Shown: positions 39,929-48,926 of the stretch, piece after piece
Numbering within the stretch: the first letter of the stretch is position 1
How the letters are laid out: each line of letters starts with the position of its first letter
NCBI GenBank assembly: GCA_963674705.1
Contig: OY771506.1
Location: forward strand, 2,688,001 to 2,752,000
DNA from: Phycisphaeraceae bacterium
Lineage (GTDB): Bacteria; Planctomycetota; Phycisphaerae; Phycisphaerales; Phycisphaeraceae
DNA length: 64,000 nucleotides
Direction of reading: 5' to 3'
The notes under the pieces: generated by a model
Database searches by the model: none
Seen by the model: only the letters and a program-made list of their open reading frames with translations
What the model was told of the DNA's origin: nothing
Made by a program: the position numbers and the translations under genes

Positions 39929-40912
39929 TTACGGGAACAGCGAAAAGAGGTAAGGCAAACAAAAAACGGTCAGCACAGCTCGCAACATGAAGTTCGTGAT
40001 AAACATGAGTGCGGTGGCGACGCTCGCTTCTGTCGGGTCAAGATCGAACAAGCCCGAAAAACCCCAGAAGTATAAGCCGAAGTAAATCGGCGCGACCAGG
40101 AAGATACCTGGGAAGTGCCACGCGAAGGGACCAAGCCAGAGCGTCATGAGGTCGCCGAATATCTCCGGCGCGACGATGATTGCTGCCAGTTTCAATAACG
40201 TCGTCAACAGCGTCCCAAACGTGGTTGACATGATCATCGCTATCAGGATCGTGCCGATAAACATGATAGGCAGCACAAACAAGGCTTCGATAGCTGTACG
40301 TGCGATCAGGTACCCGGTCCCATGGCCGTCCGCGAGGATATCGACGCCTACTCGCCACAGCAGGCCCACCGCCAGAAGGATGGCAGGGATAAGCACGTCC
40401 TGCCATTTATTGTCGGTGGCATCATCCTCTCCTTCTTCAAGCGCAAGTAAGACCGAGCTGCTCCCGATCCCCGGCATCCCTCCCCCCGGCAAGTTGCTGG
40501 TATCGACCGGCGCGTCAGGGTCGGTGACGGCGGTCTGCATCCGCTTACCTTTTTTCAGGTTGTAGCCACACTTGATGCAGATCACGGCCCCCGGCTTGAT
40601 CGACTGGTTGCAGGCTGGACACCGGCCGGTCTGGGCGGCGGCCTGTTGGGCGGGGGTCGGTGGGGGCTCGACGATCGTCTCATCGATGCCGGTCAGGTCC
40701 AGCTCGTAGGTGTTGGATTCGTCTTTGGCTTCGGGTTTGGGCTGCTCAGGCAGGGGATCGACAGCCTCGGCGACCCTTCCCGGGACGGTTGGAATACGAA
40801 TGCGCTTGTGACAGCTGGGACACTGGGCCTTGCGGTCCGCGATCTTCGTGGTCCACTGGAACCGCTTGCGGCAGTGTGGGCATGTGAAGGTTTGTCTGGC
40901 GCTATGGCTCAT
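39929..40912 (-). CDS. zinc-ribbon membrane protein
   Basis: CPHC, CPSC, CPAC, CIKCGYNL, then several TM helices; start 40912 or 40930. Confidence 0.72.
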   Translation of the reverse strand: MSHSARQTFTCPHCRKRFQWTTKIADRKAQCPSCHKRIRIPTVPGRVAEAVDPLPEQPKPEAKDESNTYELDLTGIDETIVEPPPTPAQQAAAQTGRCPACNQSIKPGAVICIKCGYNLKKGKRMQTAVTDPDAPVDTSNLPGGGMPGIGSSSVLLALEEGEDDATDNKWQDVLIPAILLAVGLLWRVGVDILADGHGTGYLIARTAIEALFVLPIMFIGTILIAMIMSTTFGTLLTTLLKLAAIIVAPEIFGDLMTLWLGPFAWHFPGIFLVAPIYFGLYFWGFSGLFDLDPTEASVATALMFITNFMLRAVLTVFCLPYLFSLFP

Positions 40913-41075
40913 CCGTACCCCGTTGTCCATGGTAGATAAGACTTTAGACTCTCGGGACGTCGCATTGTTGTCAAGTTTTGGTCTCCGGGGCCCAATTTTG
41001 CGGACCCGCCTTGGCTTCCAGACCACGGCAGACTATCCTCTGTGCCTTAGACACAAGGAAGTGCAGGATTTCCCT

Positions 41076-42191
41076 ATGACAGTACCTCTATTAGATCTCA
41101 ACCGTCAGCACGAAACCCTCATGCCCCAGATGCGGCAGGCCTTTGATGAAGTGACCCGTACCGGGCAGTTCATTCTCGGCGAATACGTCAAGCAATTCGA
41201 GCAGCAGTTCGCAGAGTACTGCGGCGTCAAGCATGCCTTGGGGGTCTCCTCAGGCACAGACGCGCTGGTCGTGGCCATGATGGCGATGGATATCGGCCCC
41301 GGTGACGAGGTCATCACCACGCCGTTCACCTTCTTCGCCACCGCCGGCAGCATCGCTCGACTCGGCGCCAAGCCGGTCTTCATCGACATCAACCCACGGA
41401 CCTACAACCTCCAGGCCAAGGATATCGAGGGCGCGATTACCGACAAGACCAAGGCGATCATCCCCGTCCATCTTTACGGGCTCAGCGCCAACATGGGCAC
41501 CATCATGGAGGTGGCAAAAGCCAACAACCTCAAAGTGATCGAGGATGCCGCCCAGGCCGCCGGTGCTCGCTACCAGGACAAACTGGTTGGCTCGATCGGC
41601 GACGTGGGTTGCTTCAGCTTCTACCCGACAAAGAACCTGGCGGGCCTGGGGGATGGTGGAGCGATCACGACCAACGATGACGAGTTGGCACAACGCATCA
41701 AGCAATTACGCAATCACGGCGCGGATGTGCCCGACCACTTCCCGAGTGTCGGTGGCAACTTCCGTCTGGATGGTATTCAGGCCGCGTGCCTTTCCATCAA
41801 GCTGCCGTTCCTGGATGAATGGTGTGAAAAACGCCGTCAACACGCCGACCACTACGGCCACGAACTGGAAGAACTGGCTATCACGACACCGTTCGAGGTG
41901 GAAAACCGGCGTCACGTGTACAACCAGTACACTGTTCGTGTTCGCGGTAAGGGCATGCGTGATGGGCTTAGTCACCACCTGACCGCCTGCGGGATCGGCA
42001 ACCGGATCTACTACTCCCAGCCGCTTCACTTACAGCCATGCTTTAAGCATCTGGGATATCAACCGGGCAGCCTGCCCTTCGCCGAAGAGGCATGCGAGCA
42101 GGTGTTGAGTTTGCCGGCGTTCCCGGAAATGACACGTCAGGAACAGGATGAAGTGATTGGTTGTATCCGTGAGTACTTCCTCGCCGAGTGA
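41076..42191 (+). CDS. DegT/DnrJ/EryC1/StrS family PLP aminotransferase
   Basis: SSGTDAL, PVHLYG, IEDAAQA, FSFYPTKNL; ATG 41076 (MTVPLLDL). Confidence 0.93.
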   Translation: MTVPLLDLNRQHETLMPQMRQAFDEVTRTGQFILGEYVKQFEQQFAEYCGVKHALGVSSGTDALVVAMMAMDIGPGDEVITTPFTFFATAGSIARLGAKPVFIDINPRTYNLQAKDIEGAITDKTKAIIPVHLYGLSANMGTIMEVAKANNLKVIEDAAQAAGARYQDKLVGSIGDVGCFSFYPTKNLAGLGDGGAITTNDDELAQRIKQLRNHGADVPDHFPSVGGNFRLDGIQAACLSIKLPFLDEWCEKRRQHADHYGHELEELAITTPFEVENRRHVYNQYTVRVRGKGMRDGLSHHLTACGIGNRIYYSQPLHLQPCFKHLGYQPGSLPFAEEACEQVLSLPAFPEMTRQEQDEVIGCIREYFLAE

Positions 42192-43147
42192 GACCGCACG
42201 TGACCGATCGGCCGGACAACACGACTCAGGGCACGGATGCTCAACAAAATGGGCATGACGAGCGTTTGGCCAGCGGCACCGGTTGGCGGCCATACCCGGC
42301 GACCATGCTCGGCCCCGATTCCGGTACTGCCCTCCGTGCACACCGTGCCGGCGGTGATACGCTGGTCCGGCTCGATAACGTCTACAAGAGCTTCGGGACA
42401 TTGCGTGTCCTTAACGGCGTCTCACTCGATATCAAACGCGGACAGACCACCGTCATCATCGGCCCGTCCGGTACCGGTAAAAGCGTTCTACTCAAACTCA
42501 TCGTCGGCCTGCTCACCCCCGACCGTGGCGAGGTCTACTTCGATGAAAAACGCATCGATACCATGCGGCCGTCCGACCTGGTCGAGGTCCGTAAGCAGAT
42601 CGGGTTCCTCTTCCAGATGAGCGCCTTGTTCGACTCCATGAACGTAGGCCAGAACGTCGAGTTCCCCCTGGTTGAGCACACCAAGATGTCCGCCGCAGAG
42701 CGTGACGAGCGGGTGGACCGCGTGCTGCGTATGGTCGGGCTCTCCGGCCTGCAGAATAAGTGGCCCTCCGCGATGTCCGGCGGGCAGAAGAAGCGTGTGG
42801 CCCTGGCCAGGGCGATCGTGCTGGAGCCCCGGCTGGTCATGTACGACGAGCCGACCACCGGACTCGACCCCATCCGGGCCGATCTGATCAATGAGCTGAT
42901 CATCGCCCTGAACACCAAATTCGGCATCACCAGCATCGTGGTGACCCATGACATGGCCAGTGCCGCAAAAATTGCAGACCGGATGCTGCTTCTTTACGAT
43001 GGAAATATCATCTGTGACGGTGACCCGGAAACGTTTTTACGGAGTGAAAACCCACTGGTTCAGCGATTTATTCAAGGCCAGGCCGACCAGATCGAACTGG
43101 AGTCGATCCAGGAGGGCCTGGATACCACGAGCCAGCATGGGGCGTAA
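42188..43147 (+). CDS. mlaF: ABC transporter ATP-binding protein, MlaF/Mkl-like
   Basis: GPSGTGKS, LFQMSALFDS, MSGGQKKRVALARA, YDEPTTGLDP; next to an MCE gene. Confidence 0.82.
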   Translation: MRPHVTDRPDNTTQGTDAQQNGHDERLASGTGWRPYPATMLGPDSGTALRAHRAGGDTLVRLDNVYKSFGTLRVLNGVSLDIKRGQTTVIIGPSGTGKSVLLKLIVGLLTPDRGEVYFDEKRIDTMRPSDLVEVRKQIGFLFQMSALFDSMNVGQNVEFPLVEHTKMSAAERDERVDRVLRMVGLSGLQNKWPSAMSGGQKKRVALARAIVLEPRLVMYDEPTTGLDPIRADLINELIIALNTKFGITSIVVTHDMASAAKIADRMLLLYDGNIICDGDPETFLRSENPLVQRFIQGQADQIELESIQEGLDTTSQHGA

Positions 43148-43214
43148 TCGGCCTATTAAGCCAGACCATCAGTGTGGCAGGCAGAAAGCCTGACTTCAGC
43201 AGGGAGGCGACGTA

Positions 43215-44213
43215 ATGAAGGAAAGCACACGAAGCACAATCGTTGGGGCAACCACGCTTGCCGGCATCCTGGGCTTGGCATTCCTGCTTTTCAAAGTAGG
43301 CGACCTCCAGGACATGATCGAGACCGGCTACAACGTCACGATCGAGCTGCCTACCGCCGGCGGTCTACACCCCGAGAGCCGGGTGATCTACAACGGCATC
43401 GACATCGGCAGGATCGAGACAATCAACTTTCAGACAGCACCCAAGGAAGGGGTCGTCGCGGTTGCGCTGATCACGAACCAGGTCGTGCAGTTGCCGGACG
43501 ATGTCGTTGTGACTTCTCGCTTCCCGTCGCTGCTGGGCGGTTCCGCGGTTGCGGATATCGGCAGAAAAGACGATCCAATCACCGGCTATCTGCCCAAAGA
43601 TGGCTCGGCCTTGATCAAGGGTGAACCCGCGGTCGACTTCACGCAGATCGCTGAGGAATTGCGCACGGCCGTTCGAGGCCCGATGCAGGAGTTTAAACGG
43701 ATCTCCGACAACGTCGATACGCTCAGTAAAGAATGGACCCTCGTCGGCCAGAATATCAACCAACTGGTCGAGATGCGTAGCACCGGTGATGTCGACAACG
43801 GCGACGCGATCGGCAACATGGCGACTGTGCTTGCTCGTACGGACCAGCGCTTGGCCGAACTCAAGGAAGCTGTCGCGGGTGTTAACCAATACGTCAACGA
43901 TGAAGAGCTTCGTGAAGATGTCCGCACCACCGCCGCCAATGCCCGTGCCCTCAGCCAGCGGTTCAACGACAGCCTCGATACGCTCCGCGCCCGGTACGTA
44001 GCCGTCGCCGATGACATGAGCGTCACCGTGCAATCGCTCCAGAAACTGGCGGATAAAACCCTCGAAGGCGGCGGTACCCTCGGCAAGGCCATCAGCGATC
44101 CGGCTCTGTACGACAACCTCAACGACGCCTCCGAACGCTTGAAGCTCGCGCTCGACGAGATGCGCCTGCTGGTCGAAAAATGGAAAGCCGAAGGCCTGCC
44201 TGTACAATTCTGA
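43215..44213 (+). CDS. MCE/MlaD family protein
   Basis: N-terminal TM, AGGL..VIYNGIDIGRI MCE domain, helical tail GTLGKAISDPALYDNL. Confidence 0.85.
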   Translation: MKESTRSTIVGATTLAGILGLAFLLFKVGDLQDMIETGYNVTIELPTAGGLHPESRVIYNGIDIGRIETINFQTAPKEGVVAVALITNQVVQLPDDVVVTSRFPSLLGGSAVADIGRKDDPITGYLPKDGSALIKGEPAVDFTQIAEELRTAVRGPMQEFKRISDNVDTLSKEWTLVGQNINQLVEMRSTGDVDNGDAIGNMATVLARTDQRLAELKEAVAGVNQYVNDEELREDVRTTAANARALSQRFNDSLDTLRARYVAVADDMSVTVQSLQKLADKTLEGGGTLGKAISDPALYDNLNDASERLKLALDEMRLLVEKWKAEGLPVQF

Positions 44214-44297
44214 TCTGACTTAAACGAAACCCAGCAGCTTGCGGCTTAGCGTTTCTAAGCTGAAGGCTAAGGGCTAATGGCTGACAGCTTAAAAAAC

Positions 44298-45503
44298 ATG
44301 AAGTACGTCATCATCATCCCCGACGGCGCTGCCGATCTGCCGGTTCCGGACCTCGAAGGCAAGACCCCGCTCGAAGCAGCCGAAACGCCGAATACCGATC
44401 GGCTCGCCAAGTCAGGCCGACTCGGCACCGCCGCCACGACGCCGCAAGGCATGCCCTGCGGCTCCGACGTCTGCACGATGTGTCTGCTGGGCTATGACCC
44501 GGTTAAGTACCACACGGGCCGCGCCCCCCTCGAAGCCGCCGCACTCGGGATCGAGCTGAACGACACCGACTGGATCTTCCGCGTCAACTTCGTCACCGTC
44601 ATTGATGGCAAGATGCAGGACCACTCCGCGGGCCACATCTCCGACAAAGAAGCCCGCCGCCTGCTGACCGACTTCGCCGAGCAGATCGAGCTGCCCGACG
44701 CCACGCTCTACCCCGGCGTCAGCTACCGAAACATCCTCGTCGATTCGTCAGGCCGCGACTGGTCCGAACTCGTCACCGTCCCGCCGCACGACATCCCCGG
44801 CGAACCAATCCTCAAACACCTGCCCATCGGCGGTGAATTCGCCCCCTTGCTGCATACCCTGATGGATCGCAGTGCCCAGCTTTTCGAGAAGCACGAAATC
44901 AACCTGACCCGCCACGAGATGGGTGAATCACCGGCAACGCACCTCTGGCCGTGGGGCCAGGGACGCAAGCCCGTCATGCCCAGCTTCGAGTCACGCTTCA
45001 ATCTCAAAGGCGCGATGATCACCGCCGTCGACCTGCTGGCGGGCATCTCGCAATTCATCGGCTGGGACCGTCTGGATGTGCCGGGCCAGACCAGCTACCA
45101 CGACAACGATTACGTTGCCACAGGCAAGTACGCTGTTGCCGCGATTGATAACTACGATGTCCTCTGCGTCCACGTCGAGGCCCCGGACGAAGCCAGCCAC
45201 GCCGCCGACGTCGGCACGAAAGTCGCCGCCATCGAAGCCATCGACAAGCACGTCGTCGGCCCGATCCACGAAGCGCTTCTCAAACGTGGCGAAGACTGGC
45301 GCATCCTCCTGCTGCCCGACCACTACACCCGCGTCGACAACCGCAAACACCATCCAACCCCCGTCCCGTTCCTCATGGCCGGCAAAAACGTTCGCGCCGT
45401 CCGCGAAGTCCCGTTCAGCGAAAAGAACGCCGATGAAGCCGACCTTCACATCGAGTTCGGCCACGAGTTGATGGAGTTCTTCCTCCAAAGCGGCCTGAAG
45501 TAA
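44298..45503 (+). CDS. apgM: cofactor-independent phosphoglycerate mutase (ApgM-type, alkaline phosphatase superfamily)
   Basis: IIPDGAAD, TPLEAA.TPN.D, GSDV, GRAPLEA, HVEAPDEASH, PDH. Confidence 0.85.
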   Translation: MKYVIIIPDGAADLPVPDLEGKTPLEAAETPNTDRLAKSGRLGTAATTPQGMPCGSDVCTMCLLGYDPVKYHTGRAPLEAAALGIELNDTDWIFRVNFVTVIDGKMQDHSAGHISDKEARRLLTDFAEQIELPDATLYPGVSYRNILVDSSGRDWSELVTVPPHDIPGEPILKHLPIGGEFAPLLHTLMDRSAQLFEKHEINLTRHEMGESPATHLWPWGQGRKPVMPSFESRFNLKGAMITAVDLLAGISQFIGWDRLDVPGQTSYHDNDYVATGKYAVAAIDNYDVLCVHVEAPDEASHAADVGTKVAAIEAIDKHVVGPIHEALLKRGEDWRILLLPDHYTRVDNRKHHPTPVPFLMAGKNVRAVREVPFSEKNADEADLHIEFGHELMEFFLQSGLK

Positions 45504-45554
45504 CACGCAATAAAAAGTAATTTATTAAAAACGATTCTACTCACCCCCAACGAA

Positions 45555-45925
45555 ACGCCGCGACTTGTCGCGGCTTTTTTCTTATACCCCAACCACATCC
45601 CCCCTGATAACCACCTTCATGCGCACCAACCCGTCGCCACCCCCTATAAGGGACGACGTATTTTTGTTGATAACGTCTCACGTGTCCGCCCCATGTCCGT
45701 CTTACGCCTCAGCGGACATTAAACAAAGGGGCGGACGTCCTACCCCACACAGGCGGACATCGCGCAATCCGTTCTTTGACAAGTAGATAACAGAAATACA
45801 GCCCCAACACACGGGGAGGGGGGCGGACACGGACATCCATGCGACAACTGCCGTTCAGCACGCGCAGGCTTTAAACACAAAAATCGATGTGTTATGGACC
45901 GTTTAGCGCCGCGACTTGTCGCGGC
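45555..45925. repeat. two family-B REPs (GCCGCGACTTGTCGCGGC) bracketing a CGGAC(A/G) repeat cluster
   Basis: REPs at 45555-45574 and 45904-45925 share the core of the RAYT-flanking REPs; seven CGGAC(A/G) hexamers in 45683-45835. Confidence 0.7.
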
Positions 45926-45959
45926 ATGATTCGCCATTGATATGGCGAATACTTCTCAT

Positions 45960-47318
45960 TCACCGTCCCCAACCGCCCTTGGATTCCTCATCATCCGCCT
46001 CTCCAACAATCACAGCACTACTGCCCATCGCGTATAACTGATCGAGTTGGCGTTTGCCGATGCGCACGCTGAGCGTGACGGTGTCGCCTTCGTAGTTGCG
46101 CTGCAGCACGTTGGCGCGGTTTTCGATGAAGTGGATCGCTTTACCGTCGGCGCTGGATAGTTGCAGGTTCAGATCAAGCGTGCCGCCGCGTGCTTCGTTG
46201 CGCACGGCTTCGATCACCTTATCCAAACCTTCCTGTGTGATCGCACTGAGCGGGATGCTGCCCGGGTGTTCCTTTTGAATCACCAGCAGGTCGGCGTTGT
46301 GCGTCAGTTTGTCGACCTTGTTCAGCAGAAGCAATCGCTTCGGCTCAGTCGCGCCGATGTCATCGAGCACATCCATGACGGTTCGCAATTGCTGCTCCGC
46401 CCGGGGGTGTGACACATCCAGGACGACCAGCAGCAAATCAGCGTGCACCGCTTCTTCAAGCGTTGCTTTGAAAGACGCGACCAGGTGGTGGGGGAGGTTA
46501 CGTACGAAGCCGACGGTGTCTGAGAGCATCACCGTGTCGCCACCGCCCAGGTCCCACTTGCGTGTGCGGGTTGAGAGCGTGGCAAACAGTTTGTCGTCCG
46601 CATACGCACCACCTTCCTGCCCGCTTGCGTTCTGGATCGCGGTGTTAAACAGCGTACTCTTGCCGGCATTGGTGTAGCCGACGAGACAGACGGTGTAAAA
46701 ATCCTTGTTACGGGCTTGCACCTCACGCGTCTTGCGCCCCTGCACATCAGCGATCTCACGCTTAAGCTGAGCTTTCTTACGCTGCACGATCCGGCGGTCG
46801 ATTTCGAGTTGTTGCTCACCCGGGCCGCGTGTACCGATACCGGTCGGTGCGCCGCCGGCGATACGTTCCAAGTGGCTCCACATCGCACGCAGACGCGGAT
46901 ATGTGTATTCCAGTTGGGCCAGTTCGACCTGCAGCCTCGCCTCATGCGTCCGCGCACGGGCGGCGAAGATATCCAGGATCAGCTCGCTGCGGTCCAGCAC
47001 CTTCCGCTCGATCACTTCCTCGATGTTGCCGATCTGCGACGGGCTCAGGTCATTGTCGAAGATCACGACCTCGGCCTTATGAGCGTCGCACATCATGCGA
47101 AGCTCCTCGACCTTCCCCTTGCCGATGAACGTCGCCGGATCGGGCTTGGCCCGCTTCTGCATCAGTTGATCGCAGCAGATCGCCCCGGCCGTATCCGCCA
47201 ACGACCGCAACTCCGCCAAAGGATCATGCGGATCCGATCCGTCATCCGGCAACAGCGCCGCGACCAGGATCGCCTTCTCCTGCTGCACCCCGAGTTGTTC
47301 ACGCTTCATCTGCTCCAT
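45960..47318 (-). CDS. hflX: ribosome-splitting GTPase HflX
   Basis: ILDIFAARA, RGPGEQQLEIDRR, GYTNAGKS, LFATL, DTVGF, NKVD. Confidence 0.96.
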   Translation of the reverse strand: MEQMKREQLGVQQEKAILVAALLPDDGSDPHDPLAELRSLADTAGAICCDQLMQKRAKPDPATFIGKGKVEELRMMCDAHKAEVVIFDNDLSPSQIGNIEEVIERKVLDRSELILDIFAARARTHEARLQVELAQLEYTYPRLRAMWSHLERIAGGAPTGIGTRGPGEQQLEIDRRIVQRKKAQLKREIADVQGRKTREVQARNKDFYTVCLVGYTNAGKSTLFNTAIQNASGQEGGAYADDKLFATLSTRTRKWDLGGGDTVMLSDTVGFVRNLPHHLVASFKATLEEAVHADLLLVVLDVSHPRAEQQLRTVMDVLDDIGATEPKRLLLLNKVDKLTHNADLLVIQKEHPGSIPLSAITQEGLDKVIEAVRNEARGGTLDLNLQLSSADGKAIHFIENRANVLQRNYEGDTVTLSVRIGKRQLDQLYAMGSSAVIVGEADDEESKGGWGR

Positions 47319-47607
47319 AGATCAGCCATTCTAGCGGGGATTGGGGGAAGTGGATGTTCAATGGGCGGTGTTCAATGTTCAATCGGGAAGCCATTAGCGA
47401 TTAGTTGTTAGCACGGAGAAGTACACTTTCACGTCCACGCCTTAGGCTACGCTTGCGGTTTAGCCCACAACCCCGAAAACCACCCGCCCCTTTGCTCCGC
47501 TCAGGACCGGCGTTCGGCTCATTCTTATTTCCTGCTTTCATTATTTCCTGTTTCCCTGCTTTTACACCTCTTGATTATCCAGTTTGTACGGTATATGTTA
47601 GGTATTT

Positions 47608-48822
47608 ATGGGTCCGCTCAAATACCTCTTCCTCGACATGAACAGCTTCTTCGCCTCGGTGGAGCAGCAGGACGATCCCAAGCTCAGGCACAAGCCGGTG
47701 GGGGTCGTGCCCACTCTCGTCGCGACGACTTGCTGTATCGCCGCCAGCTACGAGGCCAAGGCGTTCGGCGTCAAGACCGGGACCGGCGTCCACGAGGCCT
47801 CGCGTCTGTGTCCGCAGATCCAGCTCGTCGAGGCCAGGCCCAAACGCTATGTCGAGGTCCACCACCAGATCGTCGCCGCGGCCGAGAGCTGTCTGCACAT
47901 CGACCACGTCGCCTCGATCGACGAGATGTACGGCAGGCTCCTGGGAGACGAACGCACGCCCGAAAAGGCCGCAGCCATCGCCCATGCCGTCAAACAGGCC
48001 ATCCGCGACCGGGTTGGGCCTTACGTCCGTTGCTCCATCGGACTGGCGCCTAACACATGGCTCGCCAAGGTCGGCACCGACCTCGAGAAGCCGGACGGCA
48101 TGGTCATGATCCTGCCCGAACAGATGCCCGAGAAGATCGCCCACCTCAAACTCACCGACCTGCCCGGCATCGCACGCGGCATGCACATCCGCCTGCAACG
48201 CCACGGCGTCCACAGCGTCGCCCAGCTATGTCGGCTCAGTAAGGCAGACCTGTCGCTGATCTGGGAGAGCCAGGTGCTCGGCGATATCTGGTGGCATCAG
48301 CTCAACGGCCGCGACCTGCCGTTCCGTGCGACCCATCGCCGAACGGTAGGCCACTCGCACGTGCTGGCGCCTGAGTGGCGCACCGACGCCGGGGCACGGG
48401 CCGTGATGGTCCGCATGATACACAAGGCCGCCGCCCGCATGCGCCGCATCGACTACGTCGCCACCCACCTCACCGCCCACCTGCGCTACCTCGACGGCCC
48501 CAAGTGGAAGCGACGCACGCCCATCGGCCTTTGCGGCGACACACTCACTATGCTCCGCGCCTTTTCCAAAATCTGGCCCGAAAAACCCCTCGGCACCCCG
48601 CTGCAGGTCGCCGTCCACCTCGACGGGCTGATCCCCCTGCACGCCGCGCCGTTGCCGTTATTCGAAGAACCCCAACACCTCGCCGACCTCGCCAAGACCA
48701 TGGACAACATCGACGACAAGTACGGCAACCACACCGTCTACTTCGGCGCCATGTTCGGCGCACAAAAAACCGCCCCGACAAGGATCAGCTTCACCCAGGT
48801 CCCCGAAGACCAGGAGTTCTAA
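47608..48822 (+). CDS. Y-family DNA polymerase (DinB-like)
   Basis: FLDMNSFFASVEQ, AASYEAKAFGV, SIDE, SIGLAPN..LAK, LPGI; C-terminal MDNIDDKYG. Confidence 0.9.
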   Translation: MGPLKYLFLDMNSFFASVEQQDDPKLRHKPVGVVPTLVATTCCIAASYEAKAFGVKTGTGVHEASRLCPQIQLVEARPKRYVEVHHQIVAAAESCLHIDHVASIDEMYGRLLGDERTPEKAAAIAHAVKQAIRDRVGPYVRCSIGLAPNTWLAKVGTDLEKPDGMVMILPEQMPEKIAHLKLTDLPGIARGMHIRLQRHGVHSVAQLCRLSKADLSLIWESQVLGDIWWHQLNGRDLPFRATHRRTVGHSHVLAPEWRTDAGARAVMVRMIHKAAARMRRIDYVATHLTAHLRYLDGPKWKRRTPIGLCGDTLTMLRAFSKIWPEKPLGTPLQVAVHLDGLIPLHAAPLPLFEEPQHLADLAKTMDNIDDKYGNHTVYFGAMFGAQKTAPTRISFTQVPEDQEF

Positions 48823-48926
48823 TCCCACTAAGCCGCTTGCGGCTTAGCGCGCTTGTTTCTTTTTGTGTTTGAAAACTCCGACACTCCCGTCGACGCCCAC
48901 CGTGCGTGGCACGGCGGCTATGAAAA

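Noticed and set aside
40830..41075. Upstream extensions of the aminotransferase and of the divergent zinc-ribbon ORF
   Set aside because: They overlap each other head-to-head; recognisable sequence starts at 41076 and about 40912
45565..45937. Short ORFs of 73 and 65 aa in the REP-bounded spacer
   Set aside because: Start inside REP palindromes, no SD, no motif
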